From Marsupella aquatica (lineage: Eukaryota; Plantae; Marchantiophyta): a DNA stretch of 64,000 bases. Made by a program: the position numbers and the translations under genes. The notes beneath the pieces were generated by a model that had not been told where the DNA came from, made no database searches, and saw only the letters and a program-made list of their open reading frames with translations. The stretch covers positions 7,195,241-7,259,240 of the forward strand of contig OZ316899.1 in the NCBI GenBank assembly GCA_973895155.1. Direction: 5' to 3'. Every line of letters begins with the position of its first letter. Position 1 is the stretch's first letter. Of this stretch, positions 1 to 13,196 are shown in pieces.

Positions 1-222
1 AATTTAGCAGGGTACATCAATAGTACCACAGGTAGAGATAGAGGTTTGGAGGCTAATGTAGAGTGGATTCAAATGTTTGGTCCACCTAGACATCCATATT
101 TTGTGAAACATATGGACGATCATACCATGACAGTAGCTGTTAGGACCATTAGAGCTGGTGAGGAGTTATTATGTGAGTATGAGTGGGATGCACCAAAATT
201 GTCCTTGCATTGTCGTCCATGA
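1..222 (+). CDS. C-terminal part of a SET-domain protein (runs off the window start)
   Basis: Frame +1 is open from 1 to TGA 220-222: NLAGYINS...ANVEW...VAVRTIRAGEELLCEYEW. This matches SET motifs III/IV (N-x-A-x-x-IN-(H)S; a-r-x-I-x-x-GEEL-x-x-Y). It is absent from the ORF track because no start codon lies in the window. Confidence 0.75.
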   Translation, partial: NLAGYINSTTGRDRGLEANVEWIQMFGPPRHPYFVKHMDDHTMTVAVRTIRAGEELLCEYEWDAPKLSLHCRP

Positions 223-387
223 TAGTTTCTTGGACTTACATACATGTATATATATATGTCAGTTTATTTTACATGTTTACATGAGAATGATGTTGTTCAG
301 CAGTGCATGTGTTGATGAGATTAATTAATTGATGTTGTATGATAGAATCAATATGTAACGCCTGATATTGGGGTAATATCACGAGCT

Positions 388-3300
388 ATGCGACAACACC
401 TTGTTGAGGCCATGGTGGCCAACCGTGGGCATGAACCGCAAAGGCAAGAGGATGGGGTACGACATGATGGTGATGATCCTATCCAAGACCATCTTGATGA
501 GGAGAGGGCCATGGATGAGCTCATGGACCAATTCTATGATGATCACGATGATATTGGTTTGGAGGACATTGGTTCAACCCATGAAAGGACTAGTCATCCA
601 CATCCTTCTAGGGGGTCCCAAGACAAGCAATGGGAGGAGGTGCAACGTCATGCCCGTACTCGCATATTTGAGGGGAGTAGGTTATCTCGGCTCTCATCAA
701 TAATGTTGTTGCTCAACTTGCAGCAAAGACATAGGGCAAGCAATCTACTTTTGGATGATGTTTTTCGTACCTTGCATGGTCGTATTTTGCTAGTAGGCAA
801 CGCATTGCCAGCCTCTTGGAAAGAGGCTAAACAGGTGTTGAGGTCCATTGGCCTGAAGTATGAGGTGATACATGCATGTGTGGATGATTGCATTCTTTTT
901 AGGGGTGAGCATGAAAATGCCACTACATGTCCTAAATGTCAGAAGCCATGGTACCGTGATGACATGTTGACGGGGAAGGTACCGCAAAAGGTTATGAGGT
1001 ACTTTCCTCTTATCCCTTGATTGCGACATCAATTCTGATGTGCAGAGTTGGCTGAGATGATGGTATGGCACTCACAAAATCGTTCTGATATGGTTGTACC
1101 CTCTAGTGCCATGCGGATGATGGTTGACTCTCCTGCCAATCGATTTGTAGAGGATAGATGGGGAGAGTTCAAAATTGACCCACGACATGTTCGACTAGGC
1201 TTGGCAGCAGACGGTATCAGCCCTTTTGCATTGACAGGAAAAGCCAAACCATATTCGGTGTGGCCAGTAGTGTTGACAAACTATAACATCCCTCCTTGGA
1301 TGGCCATGAAGAAAGGTCACCTACTACTCTCCATGATTATTCCGGGTCCTAAGCAAGTTAAAAAGATTGATGTGTACTTGCAGCCATTGATTGATGAGTT
1401 GATACAACTGTGGAGAGGAGTGGATTGTTATGATGGACGTCACAACACAGGAGGTTTATCCCGCATATTTACTCTAAAGGCCATCCTTATGTGGACCATG
1501 CATGATTTACTAGGTATGGTAAACCCTTATTTCCTCTAGTACCTAAACCTTGTATTTAATTGCAATTATGCAGATTTTTGCCTTGATGAACCTTATTTTA
1601 TGAATGTGTTTAATTTTCTATGCACTGGGCAGGGTTTGGATATGTTTCTGGATTGCAAACATCAGGCTATCGAGCTTGCTCTACATGTGGACCCGATTTG
1701 GAGGGGGTGGCCAGGCCCAAGTCAAGTACTCTGCAAAAAATTGTTTACATTGGTCATACTAAATATCTTCCACCAAACCATCCTTGGAGGAGTGATCCAT
1801 TCCTTTATGATACTGATGAGGGCCAACCTGACATTTGTCCTCAACCTCAGCAAAAGGATCCAGCATATTGGAGAGAGGTATGGGGGAGAGTTCAGGATCC
1901 GGGTGATCCATTACCATTATTCAGATGTGGCATGACCCGTTTGTCTGCATTGTCACAATTGCCATATTGGTCAGATATGCCCATTAATCACTTGTTAGAC
2001 CCTATGCACATTGAGGGGAATGTGGGGAAATCATTGATTTGCCATCTATATGGGGAGAAAAATAACAATTGGAGAGAAAGTTGTGAGGAGATGGGGATGC
2101 ATGGTCTTTTGGGTTTTTGGCCATCTTTGGACCCCCCTGGTGCTCCCCCTAGCATCCATCCTCCTTGGGTTTTGACAAGGGCAAAGCGCATTGAGTTTCG
2201 CAGACGTATTGGGTTGATGATGTTTCCCACAGGTTATGGTACCAATCTTTGGAAGGCATTTGGGGGGGAGGATTCTCCAAAATGGCCATCTTTCTTGAAG
2301 ACACATGATTATCATTGGTTGCTTGAACATGTTCTTCCAGTTGCTATTATTGGATTGGGTAGTGAGGAACTTCGTGATGCCCTTTGGTCATTGGATAAGC
2401 TCTTAAGATGGGTATGTCAAAATGAGGATGACATTGCTGCTATGGAGATATTTGGAGTAGAGGTTGTCTGCAAGTTGGAGAAGGCACTCCCTCCCTCATT
2501 CTTTGATGGTCAGGTTCATTTCCTCATACATTTAGTGCGCGAGGTTGCAATTGCAGGCCCAATACATTGTCGATGGATGTATTGGGTAGAGCGTTATATG
2601 GGGGTGATGAAGTCACATGTCTTTAATCGTGCTAGGGTGGAAGGTAGCATTGCGAAGCGTCATCTTGGAGCAGAGAGTATGTTTTACTGTACAAACATAG
2701 TTGCCACACTAGATCCTAGTGCTCCTAGGGGATGGATAGATGAGGCGGCACGAGAGGCTGACTACGAGGATGATAGACTCACTAGGGCATCTGGAGAGTG
2801 TCTCATAGGCTCAGCAGAGCGTTTACAGCTCACAACATTTATGTTGTATAACTCACTCGAGGTTGTCGGGGAGTGGACAACATTTTTTATGAGGAGGAGA
2901 AGCAAAATAGTCGACGCCCACGGTTATTTCCCAAGTTTCACCCATACATGAAGGAGAAGTTGTTAGAAGTGGATGCCCTGGTGGGTACCGGGGAGAGTGT
3001 ATTACACTACCCAAACATGACAGATAAACTTCGTACCTTGGTTCATGGTCCACTACTTATAGTCACGACTCGGACTGCCATGTGGTCAAAGGGGAGACAT
3101 TTTTGTGTGGAACGACTTGATGAGAAGAGGGCAGCTACACGGGATTGTGGGGTGATGGGTTGGTTCACCCAAGATTCCCAGAGTAGCATGTCGAACATGA
3201 ATCCCATTCGCTCCACCGTGGCCCATTATGGGAAGATTGAGGAGATCCTAACAGTGAAGTACCATGCACATATTACTTTGGAGGAAGTGGTATTCAAGTG

Positions 3301-3586
3301 CAAATGGTTCAAGATGAATTTTGTAGGCCACAATCGTACTTGTGAAGATGATGCATGCGGTTTTACTCATTTGAAGACATTCGCAAATAGTGTCATCAGT
3401 TCCAACTGGAGGTCCTCAGATCCCTTTGCCTTCCCACATCACCTTGAGTAATGCTTTTACCTACCCTATCCCAATGACCCCGAGTGGTCCATTGTCATGC
3501 CGTATATTCCCAGATCACGGTCCATAGTCCAAGAGAGACCCAACGTAGTTGTAGTGGAAGATAGAGACATACCCCCCACGAGTTAG
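388..3586 (+). pseudogene. CACTA transposase (Transposase_21/DUF4218/DUF4216-type), disrupted
   Basis: Motifs IHACVDDCILF..CPKC, LAADGISPF..YSVWPV..YNIPP, DPMHIEGN, LKTHDYH, FFDGQVH..RWMYWVERYM, FKCKWF, DPFAFP. GT-AG intron 1514-1632 restores HDLLGFGYVSG. Internal stops at 1018-1020 and 3449-3451, frameshift near 2880. Confidence 0.9.
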
Positions 3587-3794
3587 TATAAATTGTAGAC
3601 CCCACCATCTTCATGTATATTTTTACCGGAACTATCTTTTTATTGGCATTCTATGATTTTTCTCATTGTCCACAATTTCATGCAGTATACATATCTATTG
3701 CTTAAAGTATGCCCCATATCTGAATCCATTAATTCCATGCAACCTAGACATTATAAAACACTAAAGTCCCATACCATATCCCATTCAAATAACA

Positions 3795-4338
3795 TCGGAA
3801 ACATATCGGACACACATCAGTACTGCCAAAGCCAAAAACCCCTTCCCATCCTCAAAGTATCCGATTTTCCGATACTATAACAATCGGAAGCCACTATTCG
3901 ATACTCCACAGATTGGACGCTTAAGCCCGTAGCCAATGAGGGGTCCGATAGCAATTTCAACGGACAGTAACCAATACCTCAGTCTTCGCAAATGATTTCC
4001 ACTGTAATTATTATCGCAAAAATATGTTCGATAAGACTTGTATCGGAAAATGCCCGAAACCAAACCTATCGGAATTAGCTTTCGATACTACTATTATCGG
4101 ACGTCTGAAAAACATGTCGGCTCTCAATTTGTGATACAGGATGTTTCGGACATTGTCCGATATGCGGGGTATTGGATAACGTTTTTGATACAAAACCTAT
4201 CGGATAATAATGTCCGATGTTGGTAGTATCGGAAGTTCCGTAGCTGGGAGTATCGGACGTTTTCCGTTGTGTTTAGTATCGGGTGCGTTGAGAAACGCGT
4301 GTTTTGAGTATCGGAAAAGTACCTAAAATGTACTAGTG
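3795..4338. repeat. CACTA subterminal repeat array (TATCGGA/TCCGATA) and 3' TIR
   Basis: Many direct and inverted ATCGGA/TCCGAT units ending at TAGTG. Confidence 0.8.
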
Positions 4339-4425
4339 AACCCTCAGTATTGACAGCAACTGAGACAGTTACTCACAGGTCAACGACGAAGGCGGCTACC
4401 CCGAGTAGGGACGGCAGATTGCAAC

Positions 4426-7400
4426 ATGATCTGCAAAGACCTGGGAGCGCCGAACATATCTATTGAGATAAACAATTGCACCATTAAGATGGTCCTGGTC
4501 GACGGCAGCGCGGGAGTCAACATCATGACTAAAGAAATGTCGATCAAACTGGGATATCTCACGTATCAACCCACGGCCCGGGCCATCCGATTGGCAAATG
4601 GGGCACGGGTCCTTCCCTTGGGCACGCTCACGCAGGGCTTACTCTTGTAGGGGGCGTTGAGTTCTACCTCAACTTCCTAGTCATGAGGCCGGTAAGACCA
4701 TCCTCTTATCCAGTTCTGCTGGGGAGGCCATGGCTATACGGGGGCAATGTAGTCACGGATTGGGGAAAGAAAGAGTTGCGATTTGGGACACCCACCGTGC
4801 GAGTGTCGTGGGCTTTGGATGACTATCAGGGACAGACACCACAGGGGCCAGAGGAATATGATTCAGAGACCTCGGAGGAAGAAGAGCTCAACATGATAGA
4901 GCTCATCTCATCTCTTTCCGAGGAAGATAATTTTGGGATAGAGGCAACACAAGACACCCACCTCATGAACTACCCAAAGGAAGACACGTGCAACCTCGAC
5001 CTGAGTTCCTCTAACCCCTCGACGGAGGTGCAGCCCGCTCAAAGTCTTAGCCCGAAGGACACGCAGAATGCAGCTCCAGCTAAGCAAGGAGCTGAAGCCA
5101 TTATGCCTACCATCAAACCCTCAAGAAGCAAGGCCACCATGACCTCAGCCAAGATTTCGGGGCGCAAGCATCGGAAGCAAGTATCCTGGGACCCTTCTAT
5201 CCCAATGGAAGAAGACGCGGTCACAGCACCAGACTCAAACCCGACCCCTCTGACGTACAGATGAGTCCGCTTAGCAAAGCTAGACGCTAGCCTGGACCCG
5301 GGCTTGCGTAATCAAGTAGAAGTCATCAGGAAGGAGCACTACCGGAAGTACACCACGGGGATGGATAAGACGTTCAACTTAGGTCACGCCTTGACGGGTG
5401 AGGCCGAGAAATCCATTCAGGCACTACTCAAGGAGTATGAGGATGTGTTTGCATGGAGCCGTCATGACTTGACGGGTGTCTCTCCTGAGTTAGGAGAACA
5501 CACAATCGACCTGAACCACACACGGTACGGCAGCGCCAACGACGTATGAACCCGAGATATTCAATCTTGGTAAAACAAGAAATCGATCGTTTACTGGCCG
5601 TGGATATCAAGTACCCGATAATGGCGAGTGATTGGGTATCTCCCATCGTCATCATGCCGGAAAAGGGAGGCACGGAAGGGAAACCCAAGATCTGCATCTG
5701 TCAGGACTACCGTAAGCTGAACAATGCTACCCAAAAGGACCACTACCCGTTACCCTTCATGGACATGGTTTTGGATATGGTAGCTCGGAATGAAATCTAC
5801 ACCTTCCTTGATGGCTATTCGGGCTACAATCAGATTTGGATCCGCCTTTTGGATCAGCTAAAAACCACGTTCACTACCGAGTGGGGGACATTTGCATTTC
5901 AGAGAATGTCGTTCGGGCTGTGTAACGCCCCAGCTATGTTCCAGCAACTCATGATGAATATTTTCCATGATTTCCTACGGGAGGTTTTGGAAATATTTAT
6001 AGATGACTTTGCCATCTTTGGAATTGTGGCCATGCACCCCGAACACCTACGACGTACTCTACAGCGATGCTGGGAGGTTAACCTTAACCCGTGCAAGTGT
6101 TTTTTTGGGGTAGAAGAGGGAGTGCTGCTCGGCCATCGGGTATCCAAACGGGGTATTGAAGTGGACCAGGAGAAGGTAGCAGCCTGGATGGCAGTAGTGT
6201 TTCCCGTGGATCAAAAGGTTGTAAGATCTTTTCTAGGTTGTGTTGGGTACTATTGCTGGTTCATTAAAGACTTTGCTAGAATTGCGTTGCCCTTAACTGA
6301 GATGATGAAGAAGGACGCGGTGATTGAGGAGACACCTCAGAGACGGATTGCTTTTGAAGAACTCCATAAACGACTCACCACCGCACCTATCATGGTCACC
6401 CCGGACTAGAATAAGGAATTCCATGTGTATGTCGACGTATCCGGGTTCTATATCGGGTCCGTGCTTAGTCAGCTTAATGAGAACGGACGTGACCACCCCA
6501 TCTACTTTGCTAGCCGTCAACTATTCGTAGCCGAGAAAAACTATTCTCCCATTGATTGAGAAGCTATGGGCATTATCTACTCATGTAAGAAGTTTTGACA
6601 CTATCTGCTCGGCTATAAGGTCATATTCCACACGGATCATGATAGCCTGAAATACATGGTCAACAAAGCAGATGTCACGGGACGGATAGCCCGGTGGGTG
6701 TTACTACTGCAAGAGTTTAATTACAAAGTACGGGTTCGACCCGGGAAGGCACACCTCAATGCTGATTTCTTTTCAAGACTGGACGGAGTACCGGTCGAGC
6801 AACCTATTAACGACACCTTCCCAGATGAGGAATTGTTACACATTGGGACGGGAGCGCCAATGTGGTATGGGCCAATCATTATGTTCCTTTTGACTGGGCG
6901 TATCCCCGACGACATCAACCAGGAAGCTGCCGCCGTATTTCTCCAAAAAGCGAGGCCATACATCATGATACGGGGCCACTTACACAAGGAAGGAGTTAAC
7001 GGGAAACTAAGACGCTGCCTGGAGTACAAAGAAACTCTCATTGTGATGCAGGCCTTGCATGAAGAGGAAGCAAGAGGCCATTTTGCGGCTATCACCACCG
7101 CCCAAAAGATTCTTGACTCAGGGTATTGGTGGCCCACGTTGCATAGGGATGTACAGTGCTTCATCAAGGGTTGTGACCTGTGTCAGCGGGCTGGGACCCC
7201 AAGACAAGCTCATCATCACCCCCTCACGTCAGTGCTTCCCTTAGCACCTTTCAAAAAGTGGGGTATTGATTATATCGGGCCGTTCACTCCCGTTACCCAA
7301 AGACGAAGATGCAGGTACATCCTGCTTGCTATAGATTACTCCACCAAGTGGGTCAAAGCACGGGCTACAATGAGGGATGATGCCGCCACAAGCGCACGGT

Positions 7401-7722
7401 TCTTATACGAGCAGATCTTCACCTGGTTCGGGCCTCCATTGGACCGTGGGACACACTTCCTCAATGACACCGTGGCACGGCTTACGGACCGTTACCTAGT
7501 CAAGCACTGCAAGACTACCCCGTATCATCCTAAAGCCAATGGGTTGACGGAGAAAGCCAATGGTATCATTGGGAAGATCCTTAACAAGACAGTAGCCGCG
7601 CACAAAATGGATTGGGATGATAAGTTGTACGCAGCGGTGTACTCGTATAATCTAGCTTACAAGACTACTACGAGTCACAACCCATACTTTCTCGTGTTCG
7701 GCCAACATTTGTTGGTGCTCGT
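4426..7722 (+). pseudogene. G1 pol: aspartic protease, RT, RNase H and integrase core (degenerate)
   Basis: LVDGSAGVN protease; WVSPIV..DYRKLN..FLDGYSGYNQI..IFIDDF RT; integrase WGIDYIGP..DRGTHF..NGLTEKAN; stops and frameshifts present. Confidence 0.9.
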
Positions 7723-10700
7723 TGTCGCAAGGACTTAAAGTTAGGGGCTCCTTGGGCAAATTGCGCATTTCTGGCTGCGATTGGGACAGGCAACAAGTAC
7801 TTTTTGCAGCAAACTCTCACTCCTTTATTTTTTTTACTTTTCTCACAAAGGTTACAATGGGTGCCCTCAAGTAAGCTTGCCCACAAGAGTCTGGTAGCTG
7901 GCCCTACGGCGGGCCGCTACCTCTAACTTGTCGAGCTGAACTCCTCGAGTGACTATCTACTCAAAATCTGATGGTAATGGTAATGGTAATGGTAATGTAT
8001 TATAAGCTCCGGGACCATGAAAGTCAAAGGAGCTGCCACAAAAAGTAAAGTACAATGCAATCAAAGAAAAGAGCAACCAAAAGAGATTGCTCAGAAGAGG
8101 ACAACTATGTCCTCAAAGAAACTATGGACCTAGAGAGCCCTATGGACCTAGAGAGCCCTGAAAGATTTTCCAAACCTATTCTCCTTTCCCTATCCACCGC
8201 AAAGATATATCTTCCAAGTCGCTGAGGGGGCAGACCAAACAATGCATACAAATCTTTCACCAAGATTTGAGATGCCATCCTAACCCCCTCATAAAACTTG
8301 CAAGCAATGAATACATGATATTCATTCTCTATACTAGAGCTATCACATAGTTGACAAACCCTCTTTTTCCTGTCAATATCCTTCCATCTCCCTTGTTCTA
8401 CTTCAAGGTGGTGTGAGCTTAGTCTATACTAAGCAATAAGTTGTCTAAGTTGTACTGAGATAGTGCTAGATAAGTATTCTTGTTCTCAATATTTCTTCAT
8501 GGGGTTCACATCTCTCATGTAGTATTGCTGCCGTGGGCTAGGTTCATGCCAAAGTTTGTGCAAAGCCTTTTGCTCAAGTTTTGCTCTTAGCTTGGTTGGG
8601 TGTGTTGGCCATTCATGTTCAGGAAAATCCCAAGCATGGGCCCACCTGCACACATCTGCATACCACCCTTTAGCTGAAGATGAGCGCAAGGCATGAAAAG
8701 GAAATCTGTTTTCCTCCAACTCTCTTACACGCATGATGTATTTGAGTGTGTGGAAGAGTGCCTCCACCTCCAAAGGAAACAAGCCTGCCTCTGCAAGTGT
8801 AAGTGCATATGGGGTTTGTGACTTGATCCCAAGCTCCATCTCAAGAAATAGCTTTTGCAGCCCCTCAATCTGTTGCCACCCAGATTTAGACACACCTGCT
8901 CCCCAAATTGGTGCTCCATAAAGAATGACTGGTTTCACCAAAGCTCCAAAGAGATGTTTCCTTAACCTCCAAGTGTGTAGACCAGCTCTTTTGCATTTGT
9001 TCATGAATGCATAAAAAGCTCTGTACCCATTGGCAGCCCTAGATTTTACACATGAGGCCCAACTCAAGTTTTGAGAGAACTCCACCCCAAGGTATTTGTA
9101 GGTCCTCACAAATTCCACCAGATTCCCTTGGAAGTAGAGCTCTGGATTTTGTCGTGTGCCAATGCCCAAACACTTGGTCTTCTTGAGGTTGACTACCATC
9201 CCTGTTGCTTGACAAAACTCCTCCAAGGCATTGAGATGTCTTTGCAAAGCTTCTTGAGCATGAGCAAGTAGGACCACATCATCTGCAAATATAAGAAGTT
9301 GGAGGACAAACCTACCCAATTGAGTGCCAACTCCACCATGCTCCTCCAAAATGTTGTGTAGCTGATCAATGAAGATGCCAAAGAGAGTTGGTGAGAGAGG
9401 ACAACCTTGGATCACCCCAAGAGTGCTCCAGATTTCTTCAGAGGTTTCCTTTGAAAGTTTGATGCGCACTTCTTGGTACAATTTAGAAACAGCCAACTTG
9501 AGCTCTTCAGGCACTTCCAACTCCACCATCCTATCCCAAAGCTTGGATCGGGAAACTTTGTCAAAGGCCTTGGAGAAGTCCACAAACAAGCAAAATAATG
9601 GTTTATGTGGAGATTTGGCCTTTTCACACAACACCCTCAAGCAGAGAATGTGATCCATAGTGCTGAGTTCTCTCCTAAAACCTGCTTGTGAAGGTGCCCT
9701 TTTCATCTCACTCTCCAACCAAGAGCTTAATCTGGCTTCAAGTAGTCCTCCCAAAACTTTAGCAAAAGTATTGCCTACCATGATGGTTCTGTAGTTGTGC
9801 ACATCGTCCTTGTTGCCTGCCTTGAAGATAGGCACCACTCTTCTGGTCATCCAAGCTTTAGGTAAACCTAAAGCCATTGCTTGATTCAGCTCATGCACCA
9901 AGTTTGTTAGTAAAGAGGGTCCTCCCCACAAAAGAAGCTCCAAGTTCAGGCCCAACAGATCTTTAGCTTTCCCATGTTGCATGTGGGAAAGATGCACCTT
10001 CACCTCCCTCTCTGTAAACTGAATGGTGTCCCCAAGGGGCAAAGGCATGCCACTAGCATCTGGAAAGAAATACAAGGATGTGACATAGGTTACCAGGTCC
10101 TGGTGATCCAAGGGGGGAGTAGTCTTGCCTGATTGCATTCTCTCCCAAAAACATTTTGGATGTTTGATGAACTCCTCACATAGTGATTGTTGATGACTCT
10201 TCAAGAAGCACCTCTTCTTGTGTTTGATGAAGTTCTTGTACATAGTGAATGCCAAAAGTCTCTTTTCCCCTGAATGTGATCTTGCTTGCATCCTTGCTCT
10301 AGCACAAACTTCTCCTCCTTAGTTCACAAAACCAAAATTTGACTAGCTACTCCACTAGTCTAAACCAGCTCTCACGGAACTCGGGCCTGGACCAACGAGG
10401 CTCCAAACTCAAGAAATCCCCGCCTGGATTGATGAGGCTCCAAACTTGAGAAATCCCCACCTGGATCGACGAGGCTCCAAACTTGAGAAATCCCCGCCTG
10501 GATCGAAAACTCCACACCTGGATCCAACACTCGCACAAAACTCCAAAACCGCCGCACAACATTTGAGTTCCGCAGAACAGAGCGGAACTCACAGAACAAA
10601 ACTCAATAGATCTCAATAGACAACCGCCGACCTCAATGAGCCGAGGCTCAAGTCTTAAGTAGCATCGGAAACCCAACCATCTAGCCTGAGCCAACTGCCA

Positions 10701-10900
10701 TCAGCGAGGCTCATCCAAACTCCAAGCCTGGTGACTTACCCAAACACCAAACCTGGTGACGACGAGTCACCCAATCACCAAACCTCAATCCATCCAACCA
10801 AGCAGCCCCTTTGAGTCAGCATGCACGCAACCCAACCGGGAGGCCTTGCCCATCATTCCCTATAAAAGCCATTCCTGAGCCAAAATCTTTCGGCACAACA
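7723..10900 (-). repeat. 3' LTR of element X (split by a LINE; contains ~37-bp tandem repeats at ~10397-10525)
   Basis: TG start at 7723, ACA end at 10900 adjacent to the reversed PPT; GAGGCTCCAAACTTGAGAAATCCCC(G/A)CCTGGAT units. Confidence 0.75.
7971..10307 (-). mobile_element. Non-LTR retrotransposon (RTE/RTEX-like LINE) copy 1, 5'-truncated
   Basis: RT ORF 8486-10291 (QAGFR, DFSKAFD, GVIQGCPLSP, FADD, YKYLG). Downstream of two stops the frame continues RLSSHHLEVEQGRW..CQLC..EYH..C. (TACCAT)n tail at 7971-7997; no TSD seen. Confidence 0.9.
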
Positions 10901-10945
10901 TCCTCCCCCAGTAAACCTGAGCAGCCTCCGATCTGCTCCAATCCA

Positions 10946-12958
10946 TCAGATTTCCCCTAAGTCTGAGTCCAAACTTGAGCCATGCGCCTGGACCACTTCC
11001 TCCTCAAGAAACTCAAACCCAAAGCCTTCAGACTTGGTCTTAGGCACTCCACTTTCCAGAAACTTGAAGTCCAACTCATCCGAATCAGAACCAGTCAAGC
11101 CACTTTCAAAACTCAAGTCCAACGGATGCGCCTGGACCAGTGCCTCGACTTCAAACTCACTCAAGTCGGAACTTGAGTCCATTTCATCGCTAGTTTGCGC
11201 CTTGCAAACCTTCACTCTCTCCCGTATGTCAACGACTTGATAGTCAATCCGATCAAGCTCTTGAATCTGCCTCTTCAAGTTGTGATGGATCCCTCGATTA
11301 ACAACATACTCCTGAACATCCCAATACAAATCTGGCCACCAATACTCCTTTCGGATCTGCTCACAGACCTTCGCCCTTATTCCTTTCAAACCACCTTTGA
11401 CCTGAGCATCATAGACTTCCTCCAAAATCCGCTTTTGCTCATCCTTAGAATCGACAACTCTCCTCAGTACTAGCATGGGGCTCTTAGGTTTCCGCCAAAG
11501 GTAGCCCTCTCTAAGAATGAACTTATCAGAATTCACTCGAATGTCTTTGAACTCTTCACCATCCTGTTTCAGCCGCTTCCCAAAGTCACTCAGATACTTC
11601 CCAATGTCCAGTAGCTCTCCTGAGTAACACTCTTCCTTGAACACTAGACTCCGCATCTTTCGGTCCGCAATTGGCTCCCCTTTGAACTTTGCACTTAGAT
11701 CCATTTGGGTATCTTGGTTCTCCCCCATAGCAATGCCAACTTCTGCCGCTGTTGGATCTCGCAGTTGCTTTTGGTTCCTCTCATTTCCAGGTAGAACCGC
11801 CGGAAACTGAACCACCTCCTTATCATCTTTGCCTTGAACTTTCACCATGAAGGTAGTATCATCCAGAATCTTTGTCTCCATCCTCCATTCAGTGATGAAC
11901 GGCATGCCCAGTATCATCGGGAATGACAAGTACTCATGAACAAAAATGTTACAATCCTGCTTGACATTCCCAAACTTCACCATCACATTCGGACATTCGC
12001 CCCAAAGATAGTCCTTCATCAAACTCACCAAGTTCACACTCCAAAGCAACTCATTATCCACCAGCCAATTCCCCTTTTAAAACACCTTTGGATCCATCAA
12101 GTTGATCTCCTAGCCAGTATCAATGAGCGCCCGCACCTTACCTTCCATTCCTTCCAATTGGCACTCGCTCTCCGGACTTGCTCAAGCCCAGTATCCATCT
12201 TGGTAAGCATAACCATTTCCTTTCATTGAGCCCATGACATGAATGGTCCTTGATTGCGCGGTAATGCCTTCTCGCTCTTTCCCTTCAGTCGGGTCCCTGT
12301 TTGCCACAAACTCAGCTTTGCTTCCGGTTCCCATGAGCTCCTCTTCCGCATCGAAGAACTCATCGTCCAAGTCCATGAGCTCCTCTTCCGTATCAAAGAA
12401 CTCATCGTCCATCAGCTCCCCTCCAAGGGACTTGATCCTCTTTGGCATCCCCAAGCCTGACTCTTGGGGGCCAGCAAACTTGCTTCCTGAACCCATGGAC
12501 ACCCCAACAGTGTAAGTTTGGAAACTCCCTATTTCTGTCTTGCCAGCCTCCCCCATCAACGTGTGAGGGCCCTCTTTGTAAATCCGTTTCCTCTTGGATC
12601 TCTCCAAGATCGCCTCTTGGATCTCCTGCCTCATGCTGCCAAAGAACTCGGCATTGGTAAACCCTTGAGCCTGTTGGCTCCAGAACTTCTCAGCTACAAC
12701 GTTCGGGTACATAGCCTGGTCAACATCCCTGCCAAGCACCCAGCCTGGATCCTTCCTGATCGGTTTCCCTTTCTCCGGTTCTTTCTCACTCATTTCCTCT
12801 TCTTTGAACCTAACCCTTCTTTCCTTGTCTTGAGTATCCCGCCTCTCTCGTTCCCCTAATTGAGACGGAGTGTCATCCTCGTCGGTTTTCTTCCTTTTTG
12901 ACTTGACCAAGGCATCCCAACTAGCCCCAACCTCAACCGTTATCGCATTGATCAGCAC
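10946..12958 (-). pseudogene. Element X internal ORFs: gag-like end, protease, integrase zinc-finger-region remnant; no RT, RNase H or integrase core
   Basis: ALIDTG*EINLMD near 12130-12095, MILGMPF, then GYLWRK..RRVVD..YWWPDLYWDVQEYV. Confidence 0.7.
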
Positions 12959-12978
12959 CGGGGCACTCCATCCGGATC

Positions 12979-13095
12979 AGTCATGGAACTCGACTACCTT
13001 AACACTTAGCTTCGGCGTCGCTGACTCCGACGCCGAGCTCCCTTATGGTCCAGGCCCGCATAGGCCATCCAGGGAGGACTTAGCATGGGGAGACT
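12979..13095 (+). repeat. LTR fragment of the chromovirus family found at 45.8-48.2 kb
   Basis: Reverse-complement match to ~45820-45954, ending exactly at the AGTC terminus. Confidence 0.75.
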
Positions 13096-13196
13096 TGTGG
13101 GCAATGAGACGTGGCACTGGCGAGGCAAGGGGCCAAGCTGGGGACACACACTAAGGACTTGGACTAGCCTATGGCTGGTCGGGTCAAGGGGAAATG

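Larger units (their letters stand above)
1..4338 (+). mobile_element. CACTA (En/Spm) DNA transposon #1, 3' portion
   Basis: TnpD-type transposase, dense TATCGGA/TCCGATA subterminal repeats, and terminus ...AAATGTACTAGTG at 4338 (reverse complement CACTAGTAC). Gypsy protease-region sequence starts immediately after. The 5' end is outside the window. Confidence 0.85.

Noticed and set aside
165-390. SETMAR-like SET-transposase splice fusion via GTGAGT near 173 and AG near 345
   Set aside because: That donor would remove the conserved SET tyrosine, and no transcript evidence is available.
7971-7997. (ATGGTA)n as an interstitial telomere repeat
   Set aside because: It sits exactly at the LINE 3' end and is not TTTAGGG-like.
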